Origin: Mobula hypostoma
Taxonomy: Eukaryota
Reading direction: 5' to 3'
DNA: 64,000 bases
Assembly (NCBI RefSeq): GCF_963921235.1
Contig: NC_086108.1
Span: 102,054,001 to 102,118,000, forward strand
This document shows, in pieces, positions 33,983 through 46,249 of the stretch. Below the pieces are notes generated by a model that saw nothing but the letters and a program-made list of their open reading frames with translations, was not told where the DNA came from and did not search any database. A program made the translations under genes and the position numbers. How positions within the stretch are numbered: position 1 is the first letter of the stretch; each line of letters starts with the position of its first letter.

Positions 33983-34324
33983 CTGTAAACATAGCAGTTC
34001 TTTGACCTGAAATATCAACTCTGGTCATGGGTGTTGCCTGACTTGCAGAGTACTTCCTGCACTTTACTTTATATATTTCAAGTTTCCTGCATTTGACTGT
34101 TTTACAGTGATTTTGAAATTTATCTCTTCATTATTTCCTCTCATACCCTAAGAGTGAGTAAAACAAAATTGCTGGTACTGCAACGATGCAAAGCTGCAAG
34201 GATTAACTGTATATCCCGTTCAGATCTGGGTTCAGAATACTCCAAATCTTCTATGTTTCATGTGAGTTGTGCAGCGTATGATATGAGCGCATTGAGTAGA
34301 AAATTCAGGAGAACTTCAAAAGTC

Positions 34325-35390
34325 AATGCTAAAGTAAAATTTATTATCAAGGTACATATATGTCACTATATTCTACCCCGAAATTCATTTTCTTGTAGGT
34401 ATTCACAGTAGAACAAAGAAATACAATAGAATGAATGAAAAACTACAGACAAAGACTGACAAATAGCCGATATGCAAAAGGAGGCAAACTGAACAAATAC
34501 AGGAAAGAAACAAATACACATTTGTAAAAATAACTAACACGAGAAAACCTGCAGATGCTGGAAATCCGAGCAACACAGACAAAATTCTGGAGGAGCCCAG
34601 CAGGCAAGGCAGCATCTATGGAAAAGAGTACAGTTGACGTTTTGGGCCAGGGCTCGGCAGAACTACAGAAGTTAATCAATAATACTGAGAACATGAATTG
34701 TAATGAAAATGAGCCTGTAGGTTGTGAAATCAGTTTAGTTTTTGAGCTGAGTGATGATTCAGGAGACTGATGGATGTAGGGTAATAACTATTCCTGAACC
34801 TGATGGTATAGGACCTAAGGTTCCTCTATCTCCTTCCTAATGGAAACTGCAAGAAGAGAGCACGGACTAGATGATAGGGGTCCTTGACGATGGATGCTGC
34901 TTTCACATAACAGTGTTTAGAACTTGAGTCCTTTCTCATACAAAACCACCCAGTGCTGATTTTCGGTCTTTGCTTGATTGCCAACACCATCAAGAGTGCT
35001 AACTTTGGTCTGAGGTGGAATGTACACCACTACCAAAATGATTGCTGAATTCTCCTGTGGCAGGTAAAATGGGTGGAGCAGTGCCTCAGTAAGGCAGCGT
35101 CCATCATTAAGGACCCCCACCACCCAGGATATTCCCTCTTCTCATTTTTACCTTCAGGAAGGAGGGGCAGAAGGCTGAAGGCACACCCTCAGAGATTCAG
35201 GAACAGCCATCTGATTACTAAATGGATATTGAACCCATAAACACTACCTCACTATTTTTTAAAAATTTCTGTTTTTGCACTAATTTTAATTTAGCAATTA
35301 GATATACATATTGTAATTCATTTTTCTATATTTATCATGTATTGCATTTTACTGCTGCTACAGAGTTTACATATTTCAATACATATGTCA
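34325..35390. mobile_element. Cluster of Rex1-type LINE fragments (minus 3' end 34325-34915, endonuclease fragment ~34960-35070, plus 3' end ~35075-35390) with a Penelope-end fragment at ~34538-34660
   Basis: PFYLPQENSAIILVVVYIPPQT; similarity to other Rex1 3' ends and to the PLE terminus. Confidence 0.7.
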
Positions 35391-35744
35391 GTGTGATTGC
35401 GGGACTGTCGCAGCACGAGGAGGAGCGAGGGGCTCGGGAGAGTGCTGAGTGCTGGGAAGCAGCTGAGGTGAGTGTGCTTTAAAAAGAATGTAGAGGGCAA
35501 CTGAAGGGTTAAACAGTGTCGATTAGTTGATTAGAGGGAGTGAGGACTTGAGATAATTGGCAGGGACAGATAAAAGGAGGGGTATCTGAAGAGCAGCGGC
35601 CAGTGTGTGAGTGGCTCAGGGTAGGAGTGGAGCTTTGAGGCTTTGGCTCGAGAGGCTTCGGTGAGCAGAGGCCGAGGACGAGCTTGCTCCCAGTGAGGTA
35701 AGGCCAGGTAAGTTCCTTTAATTTGATTAACTTAGGAGTAGGTA

Positions 35745-36673
35745 ATGGAGGCAGCAGTTAGGGCAGTTGAGTGCTCCTTATGCAATATGTGGGAAGTTAG
35801 GGACAGCACAATTGTCCCTGATGGCTACACCTGTAAAATGTGCATCCAGCTGCAGCTCCTGACAAACCGAGTTAGGGAACTAGAGCTGGATGAACTTCGG
35901 ATCATTCTTGAGGCAGAGGCAGAAATAGGCAGGAGATTAGGGAGACAGTAACCCGTTAAAAGTCAGGAGGCAGGTAGCTAGGTGAGAGGGAAGGGGAATA
36001 AACAGACAGAGCAGAGCATCCCTGTGGCCGTTCCCATCAACAATAAGTATACCGTTTTGGGTACTGTTGGTGGGGAAGACCTACCAGGGACAAGTTGTAG
36101 TGGTCGCATCTCTGGCACCGAGATTGGACCCTCAGCTCAGAAAGGAAGGAGGGAAAAGAGGAGAGAGGTAGTGATAGGGGATTTGATAGTTAGGGGGACA
36201 AATAAGTGGTTCTGTGGGAAAGATCAAGAATCCTGGCTGGTCTGTTGCCTCCCTGGTGTCAGGGTCTGCGATATCTCTGATCGAGTTGTCAGTATTCTCA
36301 AGAGGGAGGGTGAGCAGCCAGATGTCGTGGTCCATGTAGGGACCAATGACGTGGATAGGAAGGAGGAGGAAGTCCTGCAAACAGAGTTTAGTAAGTTGGT
36401 GCAAAGTTGAAGGACAGGACCCCCAGGGATGCAATTTCAAGATTGCTGCACGTGCCACGTGCTAGTGAGGCTAGAAATAGGAAAATAATGCAGCTAAATA
36501 CCTGTCTAAGGAGATGGTGCAGGAGGGAGGGCTTCATGTTTCTGGACAGTTGGGCTTTGTTCCAGGGAAGGTGGGACCTGTTCTGTCGGGACGGTTTCCT
36601 CCTGAACTGGAGGGGGACTAACATCCTTGCGGGTAGGTTTGCTAGTGCTGCTCCGGGGGGAGGGGGGGGGTAA
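35745..36673 (+). pseudogene. CR1 ORF1: zinc finger/leucine zipper plus SGNH esterase domain, frameshifted
   Basis: CSLC...CKMC, heptad leucines, VIGDLIVRG (GDS block), CCLPG, VVVHVGTND, RDGFLLN (DGxH block). Confidence 0.85.
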
Positions 36674-37357
36674 ACTAGATTTGCAGGGGGAGAGGAACCA
36701 GTGTGTTAGAGCAGATAGAGGTGGAGGAGGACAAATGTCATGTGAGGACTGCATGTATAGACAGAAATCAAAGGTTTGTATGTGATAGAAATGTTCTCAG
36801 GTGCATCTATTTCAATGCAAGGAGTATTGTAGGTAAGGCAGATGATCTTAGGGCGTGGATTGGCACGTGGGATTACGACATTATTGCTATTAGTGAGACT
36901 TGGTTACAGGAGGGGCAGGACTGGCAGCTTAACGTTCCAGGGTTCCGTTGTTTCAGACGTGATAGAGGGGGAGGGAGGAAAGGGGAGGAATGGTATTACT
37001 AGTCAGGGAAAATATCACAGCTGTGCGTAGAAAGGACAGCCCGGAGGGCTTGTCTACAGAGGCCATATGGGTGGAGCTGAGGAAAGAGAAAGGTGTGACC
37101 ACACTAATAGGGTTGTATATAGACCGCCCAATAGAGAGAATTGGATGAGCAAATATATAGAGAGATAACAGACCGATGTAAGAAACAAAGTTGTAATAGT
37201 AGGAGATTTTAACTTTCCACATACTGACTGGGACTCCTACACTGTGAAAGGGCTAGATGGCTTGGAGTTTGTCAAATGTGTTCAGGAAAGTTTTCTAAAT
37301 CAATATATAGAGGTACTTATGAGAGAGGATTCAATACTTGATCTCCTAATAGGGAAC

Positions 37358-39540
37358 AGAAACATAGAAAATAGGTGCAGGAGTAGGCCATTCGGCCCTT
37401 CGAGCCTGCACCGCCATTCAGTATGATCATGGCTGATCATCCAACTCAGAACCCTGCACCAGCCTTCCCTCCATACCCCCTGATCCCTTTAGCCACAAGG
37501 GCCATATCTAACTCCCTCTTAAATATAGCCAATGAACTGGCCTCAACTGTTTCCTGTGGCAGAGAATTCCACAGATTCACCACTCAGTGTGAAGAAGTTT
37601 TTCCTAATCTCAGTCCTAAAAGGCTTTCCCTTTATCCTCAAACTGTGACCCTTCGTTCTGGACTTCCCCAACATCGGGAACAATCTTCCTGCATCTAGCC
37701 TGTCCAATCCCTTTAGGATTTTATATGTTTCAATCAGATCCCCCCTCAATCTTCTAAATTCCAATGAGTATAAGTCTAGTTCATCCAGTCTTTCATCATA
37801 TGAAAGTGCTGCCATCCCAGGTATCAATCTGGTGAACCTTCTTTGTACTCCCTCTATGGCAAGGATGTCCTTCCTCAGATTAGGGGACCAAAACTGCATG
37901 CAATACTCCAGGTGTGGTCTCACTAAGGCCTTGTACAACTGCAGTAGTACCTCCCTGCTCCTGTACTCGAATCCTCTTGCTATAAACGCCAGCATACCAT
38001 TTGCCTTTTTCACCGCCTGCTGTACCTGCATGCCCACTTTCAATGACTGGTGTATAATGACACCCAGGTCTCGTTGCACCTCCCCTTTTCCTAATCGGCC
38101 ACCATTCAGATAATAATCTGTTTTCCTGTTTTTGCCACCAAAGTGGATAACCTCACATTTATCCACATTAAATTGCATCTGCCATGAATTTTCCCACTCA
38201 CCTAACCTATCCAAGTCACCCTGCATCCTCTTAGCATCCTCCTCACAGCTAACACTGCCGCCCAGCTTCGTGTCATCCGCAAACTTGGAGATGCTGCATT
38301 TAATTCCCTCATCTAAGTCATTAATATACATTGTAAACAACTGGGGTCCCAGCACTGAGCCTTGCGGTACCCCACTAGTCACTGCCTGCCATTCTGAAAA
38401 GGTCCCGTTCATTCCCACTCTTTGCTTCCTGTCTGCCAACCAATGCTCTATCCACATCAATACCTTACCCCCAACACCGTGTGCTTTAAGTTTGCACACT
38501 AATCTCCTGAGTGGGACCTTGTCAAAAGCCTTTTGAAAATCCAAATATACCACATCCACTAGTTCTCCCCTATCCACTCTACTAGTTACATCCTCAAAAA
38601 ATTCTATGAGATTCGTCAGACATGATTTTCCTCTCACAAATCCATGCTGACTTTGTCCGATGATTTCACCACTTTCCAAATGTGCTGTTATCACATCTTT
38701 GATAACTGACTCTAGCAGTTTCCCCACCATCGACGTTAGGCTAACCGGTCTATAATTCCCCGGTTTCTCTCTCCCTCCTTTTTTAAAAAGTGGGGTTACA
38801 TTAGCCACCCTCCAATCCTCAGGAACTAGTCCAGAATCTAAAGAGTTTTGAAAAATTATCACTAATGCATCCACTATTTCTTGGGCTACTTCCTTAAGCA
38901 CTCTGGGATGCAGACCATCTGGCCCTGGGGATTTATCTGCCTTTAATCCCTTCAATTTACCTAACACCACTTCCCTACTAACATGTATTTCGCTCAGTTC
39001 CTCCATCTCACTGGACCCTCTGTCCCCTACTATTTCTGGAAGATTATTTATGTCCTCCTTAGTGAAGACAGAACCAAAGTAATTATTCAATTGGTCTGCC
39101 ATGTCCTTGCTCCCCATAATCAATTCATCTGTTTCTGTCTGTAGGGGACCTACATTTGTCTTAACCAATCTTTTTCTTTTCACATATCTATAAAAGCTTT
39201 TACAGTCAGTTTTTATGTTCCCTGCCAGTTTTCTCTCATAATCTTTTTTCCCCTTCCTAATTAAGCCCTTTGTCCTCCTCTGCTGAACTCTGAATTTCTC
39301 CCAGTCCTCAGGTGAGCCACTTTTTCTGGCTAATTTGTAGCTGCTTCTTTGGAATTGATACTATCCCTAATTTCCCTTGTCAGCCACGGGTGCACTACCT
39401 TCCTTGATTTATTCTTTTGCCAAACTGGGATGAACAATTGTTGTAGTTCATCCATACGATCTTTAAATGCTTGCCATTGCATATCCACCGTCAACCCTTT
39501 AAGTGTCATTTGCCAGTCTATCTTAGTTAATTCACGTCTC
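37358..39540 (-). mobile_element. Young 5'-truncated CR1 LINE nested in the older CR1
   Basis: Tail AGAAACATAGAA at 37358; host sequence resumes at 39541. Confidence 0.93.
37543..39183 (-). CDS. CR1 ORF2 reverse transcriptase domain, 546-aa open segment of a truncated copy
   Basis: [52 protein letters not shown]. Confidence 0.9.
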   Translation of the reverse strand: MKRKRLVKTNVGPLQTETDELIMGSKDMADQLNNYFGSVFTKEDINNLPEIVGDRGSSEMEELSEIHVSREVVLGKLKGLKADKSPGPDGLHPRVLKEVAQEIVDALVIIFQNSLDSGLVPEDWRVANVTPLFKKGGREKPGNYRPVSLTSMVGKLLESVIKDVITAHLESGEIIGQSQHGFVRGKSCLTNLIEFFEDVTSRVDRGELVDVVYLDFQKAFDKVPLRRLVCKLKAHGVGGKVLMWIEHWLADRKQRVGMNGTFSEWQAVTSGVPQGSVLGPQLFTMYINDLDEGIKCSISKFADDTKLGGSVSCEEDAKRMQGDLDRLGEWENSWQMQFNVDKCEVIHFGGKNRKTDYYLNGGRLGKGEVQRDLGVIIHQSLKVGMQVQQAVKKANGMLAFIARGFEYRSREVLLQLYKALVRPHLEYCMQFWSPNLRKDILAIEGVQRRFTRLIPGMAALSYDERLDELDLYSLEFRRLRGDLIETYKILKGLDRLDAGRLFPMLGKSRTKGHSLRIKGKPFRTEIRKNFFTLSGESVEFSATGNS

Positions 39541-41204
39541 AGACGGGTCAGGTGACAGAAGTATGTGTAGGTGAACACTTTGGGTCCAGTGACCATAATG
39601 TCATTAGTTTCAACTTATGGATCAGGATAGGTCTGGTCCTCGAGTTGAGGTTCTAAATTGCAGAAGGGCCAATTTTGTGGAAATGAGAAAGGATTAAGGA
39701 AGAGTGGATTGGGATAAGTTGTTTTCTGGCAAGGATGTATTCAGTAAGTGGAAGGCAAAATTTTGAGAGTGCAGAGTTTGCATGTTCCTGCCAGGATTAA
39801 AGGCAAAGTTACCAGGCATAGGGAACCTTGGTTTTCAAGGGATATTGGTGATCTGGTTAAGAAAGAGAGAGGTGATTAGCAGGTTTAAGCAACAAGGAAC
39901 AAATTAGGTACTTGACGAGTATAGAAAATGTAAGAAAATACTAAAGGAAATCAGAAAAGCAAAAAGAAGACATGAAGTTGCTTTGGCAGATAATGTGAAG
40001 GTAAACCCGAAGTGTTTCTACAAGTATATTAAGAGTAAAAGGACAGTACGGGACAAAATTGGTCCCCTAGAAGATCAGAGTGGTCATCTATGTGTGGAGC
40101 CTCATGAGATGGGGGAGATCTTAAACAGTTTTTTTGCTTCAGTATTTACTCAGGAAACTGGCATAGCGTATATGGAAGGAAGGGAAACAAGCAGCAGTGT
40201 CATGGAACATACAGAGATTAAAGAGGAGGAGGTGCTTGCTGCCTAACAGCGAATAAAGGTAGATAAATCGCTTGGACCTGACATGATATTTCCTCGGACC
40301 TTGAGAGACACTAGCGTAGAATTTGCAGGGGCCCTATCAGAAATATTTAAAATGTTCTTAGCCATGGGTATGGTGCTGGAGGACTGGGGTGACCCATGTT
40401 CCATTGTTTAAAAAAGGCTCCAAAAGTAAACCAGGTAATTACAGGCCGGTGAGCCTGACATCAGTAGTAGGTAAATTATTGAAAGGTGTTCTGAGAGATC
40501 AGATATACAAGTATTTGGACAGCCAAGGGCTGATTAAGGATAGTCAGCATGGTTTTGTGCGTGGTAGATCGTGTTTAACGAATCTTGTAGAGTTTTTTGA
40601 GGACATTACCAAGAAAGTAGATGAAAGAAAGGCTGTGGATGTTGTATACATTGACTTTAATAAGACACTTGACAAGGTCCCACATAGGAGGTTAGTTCAG
40701 AAGGTTCAGACACTAGGTATCCATGGAGAGGTTGTAAACTGGATTTGAAATTGGCTGTGTGGGAGAAGACAGTGGTAGTGAATGATTGCTTCTCAGACTG
40801 AAGGCCTGTGACTAGTGGTGTGTCTCAGGGATCTGTGCTGGGACCATTGTTGTTTGTTGTCTATATCAATAATCTAGATGATGATGTGATAAATTGGATC
40901 AGCAAGTTTGCTGATGACACATTGGAGGCGTTGTGAACAGCGAGGAAGGCTTTCAAAGTTTGAAGAGGGATCTGGACTAACTGGAAAAATGGGCCAGAAA
41001 GTGGCAGATGGAATTTAATGCAGACAAGTGTGAGGTGTTGCATTTTGGAAGAAAAAATCAAGATAGAACATACAGAGTAAATGGTAGGGCACTGAGGAGT
41101 GCGGAGGAACAAAGAAATCTGGGAGTTCAGATACATAATTCCCTGAAAGTGGCGTCACAGGTAGACAGGGTTGTCAAGAAGGCTTTTGGCATCCTGGCAT
41201 TCAT

Positions 41205-41512
41205 GAGAGGGCATCCGTTAGTCTTGCAAGACCATGGATCTGCGCCTGGAAGTTCTTCACTCTCCAGGGCATAGGCCTGAGCAAGGTTGTATGGAAGACT
41301 AGCAGTTGCCCATGCTGCAAGTCTCCCCTCTCCACGACACCAATGTTGTCCAAGGGAAGGGCATTAGGACCCATACAGCTCGGCACCAGTGTCGTTGCAG
41401 AGCAATGTGTGATTAAGTACCTCAAGGACACAACACGTTGCCTCGGCTGGGGCTCGAACTCACGACCTTCAGGTCGCTAGTCCAATGCCTTAACCACTTG
41501 GCCACGTACCCA
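41205..41512 (-). mobile_element. tRNA-derived SINE with CORE-like segment and RTE-type tail
   Basis: Minus strand A box TGGCCAAGTGG and B box GTTCGAGCC; perfect 12-bp TSD CCTGGCATTCAT (41193-41204, 41513-41524). Confidence 0.88.
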
Positions 41513-42122
41513 CCTGGCATTCATAAATCAAAGTATTGAGTATAGGAGTTGGAATGTTATGGTGAGGTTGTATACGACATTGGTAAGGCCAAATTTGGAG
41601 TATTGTGCCCAGTTCTGGTCACCTTACTATAGGAAGGATATCAGTAAGATTGAAAGAGTGCAGAGAAGATTTACTAGGATGTTGCCGGGTCTTCAGGAGT
41701 TGAGTTACAGGGAAAGATTGAACAGGTTAGGACTTTATTCCTTGGAGTGTACAAGAATGAGGGGGGATTTGGTAGTGGTTTACAAAATTGAGGGGTAGAG
41801 ACAGAGTAAATGCGAGTAGGCTCTTTCCACTTGGATTAGGAGAGACAAATACGAGAGGACATGGCTTTAGGGTGAAAGGTGAAAGGTTTAGCAGGAACTT
41901 CTTCACTTAGAGTGGTGGGAGCGTGGAATGAGCTGCCATCTGACGTGGTAAGTGCGGGCTCATTCTTAAGTTTTAAGAATAAATTGGATAGATACGTGGA
42001 TGGGAGAGGTCTGGAGGGTTATAGACTGGGTGCAGGTCAATGGGACTAGCGAAATAAAGTTGTCACACAGACTAGAAGAGCCGAATGGCCTGTTTTCTGT
42101 GCTGTAGTGTTCTATGGTTCTG

Positions 42123-43340
42123 TAGATAAATTTCTTTGAGGAAGTGACTAGGCATATAGATGAGGGTAGTGCAGTGGATGTGAACAATATGGATTTTAGT
42201 AAGGCATTTGACAAGGTTCCACACAGTAGGCTTATTCAGAAAGTCAGAAGGCATGGGAACCAGGGAGGTTTGGCCAGGTGGATTCAGAATTGGCTTGCCT
42301 GCAGAAGACAGAGGGTCGTGGTGGAGGGAGTACATTTGGATTGGAGGGTTGTGATTCGTGGTGTCCCACAAGGATCGGTTCTGGGACCTCTACTTTTCGT
42401 GATTTTTATTAATGACCTGGATGTGGGGGTAGAAGGGTGGGTTGGCAAGTTTGAAGACAACACAAAGGTTGGTGGTGTTGTAAATAGTGTAGAGGAATGT
42501 CGAAGATTGCAGAGATACATTGATAGGATACAGGAGTGGGCTGAGAAGTGGCAGATGGAGTTCAACCTGGAGAATTGTGAGGTGGTACACTTTAGAAGGA
42601 CAAACTCCTAGGCGGAGTACAAAGTAAATGGCAGGATACTTGGTAGTGTGGAGGAGCAAAGGGATCTGGGGGTACATGTCCACAGATCCCTGAAAGTTGC
42701 CTCACAGATAGATAGGGTAGTTAAGAAAGTTTCTGGGGTGTTAGCTTTCATAAGTCGAGAGATAGAGTTTAAGAGTCATGAGGTAATGATGCAGCTCTAT
42801 AAAACTCTGCTTAGGCCACAGTACTGTGTCCAGTTCTGGTCGCCTCACTATAGGAAGGATGTGGAAGCAATGGAAGGGTACAGAGGAGATTTACCAGGAT
42901 GCTGCCTGGTTTAGAGAGTATGGATTATGATCAGCGATTAAGGGAGCTAGGGCTTTACTCTTTGGAGAGAAGGAGAATGAGAGGAGACATGATAGAGGTA
43001 TACAAGCCATTAAGAGGAATAGATAAGTGGATAGCCAGCACCTCTTCCCCAGGGCACCACTGCTCAATACAAGAGGACATGGCTTTAAGGTAAGGGGTGG
43101 GAAGTTCGAGGGGGATATTAGAGGAAGGTTTTTTACTCAGAGAGTGGTTGATGCATGGAATACACTGCGTGAATCAGTGGAGGTGGCAGATACACTTAGT
43201 GAAGTTTAGGAGACTACTAGACAGGTATATGGAAGAACTTAAGGTGGGGGGTTATATGGGAGGCAGGGTTTGAGGGTCGGCACAACAATGTGGTCCGAAG
43301 GGCATGTACTATGCTGTACTGGTCTATGGTCTATGTTCTA
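42123..43340 (+). mobile_element. 5'-truncated CR1 LINE
   Basis: [20 protein letters not shown] motifs; tail TCTATGGTCTATGTTCTAT. Confidence 0.9.
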
Positions 43341-44231
43341 TATTAAACCTGATTCTGATTCTATTTTGTTACATGAATGGATGTAATATATATATTTCAG
43401 ACTTTGTGGCACTATGGGTGTGTTGCACTGTTGAAATATTTGAGAGAAAATGCTTCTCATGTAGAAATATAAGTTCTCATAATATTATTTTGTAAAAGTA
43501 CTGAGACCTGAACAACATTTATTCCTGAGGAAAAACAAAATATTCAAGAGAGACAGACCTAGTCATGGGAATAATTGTGCAGTCTCCCTTGTCTCCACTG
43601 CTGAGAAAATTCATACTCAAATTGTCCTGGACAAACTCCATCCTTTCTGAAGGAATCCTATCCAAACCACAGTGTGAGAAGGGGAATAATTGTTATGACT
43701 AGTTTGTGGCTTTCACATGACAGTCACAGCTTAGAAGGACACCATTCAGCCTGTTCAGTCAATACTTCACTTAAAAGCAATTGCCTGGTTCTCTCCTCAA
43801 TCTCCACAAATAGTTTTCTTTCAGAAACATACTCCATTTACTTCCCTACTTCCATTTTGAATGATACAATTCAATCTGATTCTAATACTACCCACTGGCA
43901 GGATATTCCAGACCTAACCAACGACTATGCAATAAATGCTTCCCTTCTCTCAGTTTTGGTTCCTTAGCTAATCATTTTCATTCTCCAACAGCTGCATGCT
44001 GTCACTTCTGCCAAAACGGAAAAAATCTCAGCAGAGATTACCATCGAGTGTTGAATGAATTGGAGGCTTTTCAGTCTTGCCTATTGTTATGTTGAGTTGA
44101 AAACCAAGAAGCCTTCAATTATTAAAACTGAATACTCCGATGATTATGTGATTATAACACATACATAAGGAAGATATGCAGATTTCCCTGAGACACTTTC
44201 TAAATATATGCAAATGATTGAGAAAGAAACT

Positions 44232-44600
44232 TGCATACAAATTGCTGGTGAATGCAGCAGGCCAGGCATCATCTATAGGAAGAGGTACAGTCGACATTTC
44301 GGGCTGAGATCATTCGTCAGGACTAACTGAAAGAAGAGATGGTAAGAGATTTGAAAGTGGGAGGGGGAGATCCGAAATAATGGGAGATGACAGGAGGGGG
44401 AGGGGGAGGGATGGAGCTAAGAGATGCAAAGTTGATTGGCAAAAGGGAGATGAGAGGATCATGGGACGGGAGGCCTAGGGAGAAAGAAAGGGGGAGGGGG
44501 AAGCCCAGAGGATGGGCAAGGAGTATGGTGAGAGGGACAGAGGGAGAAAAAGGAGAGAGAAAAAAATATATAATAATAAAAGATAAATAAATAACGGATG
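44232..44600 (-). mobile_element. Penelope pLTR fragment with mutated hammerhead motif (44289-44324)
   Basis: Homologous to 2021-2395 and 27777-28145. Confidence 0.85.
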
Positions 44601-44649
44601 GACCAAGATGCCTTTGGAAGCTGAGACTATAACCATGTATCAAGATTGA

Positions 44650-45156
44650 CACTCAGCGGTCACTTTATTGGGTACACTTCTACACCTGCCTATTAATCAG
44701 CCAATCATGTGGCAGCAACTCAATTCCTAAGTGGATGCAAGAATGGTCAAGAGGTTCAGTTGTTTAGATCAGACATCAGAATGGGGGAAAAAATGTGACC
44801 AAAGTGGATGTGACTGTTGAATGATTGTTGTTGCCAGACAGGGTAGTTTGAGAATCTTATAATCTGCTGATCTCCTGGGGGGAAAACAAGAAAAAAATCA
44901 GTAAGTGGCAGCTTTGTGGAAGAAAATTACTTCTAATGAGAAAGGTCAAAGGAAAATGGGCAGACTGGTTCAATTTGACAGGAAGGTGACAGTAGAATAA
45001 CATGCATTATAACAGTGGTGTGCAGGACAACATCTCTGAACATAGAACATGGTGAACCTTGAAATGGAAAAGCAACAGCAGCAGAAGACCACAAATATAC
45101 ACTCAATGGCAACTTGATTAGGTACAAGAGATACCTAATAAAGCATCCACTGAGTG
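44650..45156. mobile_element. Non-autonomous Tc1/mariner-like element
   Basis: Imperfect TIRs CACTCAGCGGTCACTTTATTGGGTA / TACCTAATAAAGCATCCACTGAGTG; extra TIR-like copy at ~45100; homologous to 62030-62534. Confidence 0.7.
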
Positions 45157-45574
45157 CATGTACAAACAAAATGTGGAGTACTTTGCACACCAAAGCAGCT
45201 GTAATCACCGGGAAGCAAAATGAAGTAAAGCTTTGATAATTTGTCATTTTAAGGTGGTTAACAGCAGCGCCGGCCCAAAGAAATTTGTTTTCTGGCTTAG
45301 AAATTTTAAGTGGATAATGAATCTCTCTCTAAGAGGGTAGAGAATCTCTGGAATTTTCTGCACCTGGGATGAGGGAGGCCAGATTGTTAAATATATTTAG
45401 GATGGACATAGATGGAATTATGTTTTTTGGGAACTGGCACAGAAGTGGAGTTGGGCCAGCAGAAAATCAACAATGACTATATTGAATAATGGTGCAAGAT
45501 TAAGGGACCTAGTGACTTACTTCCTTGTGTGCTTGTGAATCAGCACACTTCTGGACTTCTAGATGTTATTTAAA

Positions 45575-46245
45575 TTTCAAAGTACAAATTTCCAAGTAAA
45601 ATTCATTATCAGACTACATACATGTCACAATATCCAACCCTGAGATTATTTTTATTGCAGGCATGCTCAGAAAATCTATAGAACAGTGGTTGTAGACAGG
45701 ATTAATGAACTATGCAAATACAAATATAAATAAACTAATGATTAACGAGTATGAAATAACAAGATAACAAGTCCTTGATGTGAGACTATTAGTTGCAGGA
45801 ACACCAAAAATAGACTAAGTGTACCTAGCCCCTTTTGTTCAAGAGCCTGATTGTTGAGGGGTAGTAACTGTTCTTGAACCTGGTCATGTGAATCCTAAGG
45901 CAATTGTACCTTCTAGCTGATGGTGAAAACAGAAAAGTGTGGTGAGGATCTTTGATGATGGATGCTGCTTTTCTACGACAGCATTTCATGTAGATGTGCT
46001 GAACGACTGGGAAGCATTTACCCATGATGTAATGGGCCAAATCCACTACATTTTGTAGGATTTTCTGCTCAAAGGCATTGGTGTTCCCATCACTCACAAC
46101 ACACTGGAGGAACTCAGCAGGTATTGGTGTTCCCATACCAGGCCCTAATGCAACCAGTCAGCACACTTTCCACCACACTTCTATAGAAATTTGCCAAGAT
46201 TTTTGATGACATTCCAAATCTCCACAGACTACTGAGGAAGCAGAG
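45575..46245 (-). mobile_element. Rex1-type LINE 3' end
   Basis: CRRKAASIIKDPHH...TRFKNSYYPSTIRLLN. Confidence 0.82.
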
Positions 46246-46249
46246 TATT

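Larger units (their letters stand above)
35391..42122 (+). mobile_element. Near full-length CR1 LINE (5'UTR, ORF1, ORF2, tail) with nested CR1 and SINE
   Basis: ORF1 then APE (IYFNARSI, IAISETWL) and RT (SQHGFVRGR, VRPNLEYCAQFWSP); tail TTCTATGGTTCTGT at ~42110-42122. Confidence 0.92.

Noticed and set aside
37832..38536. Antisense ORFs (MNLLCTPS..., MPPKWITS...) repeated at 46229-46930
   Set aside because: Shadow ORFs on the opposite strand of the CR1 RT, conserved only because the copies are young
41420..41512. tRNA gene
   Set aside because: A/B boxes belong to a SINE head bounded by TSDs; no complete acceptor stem
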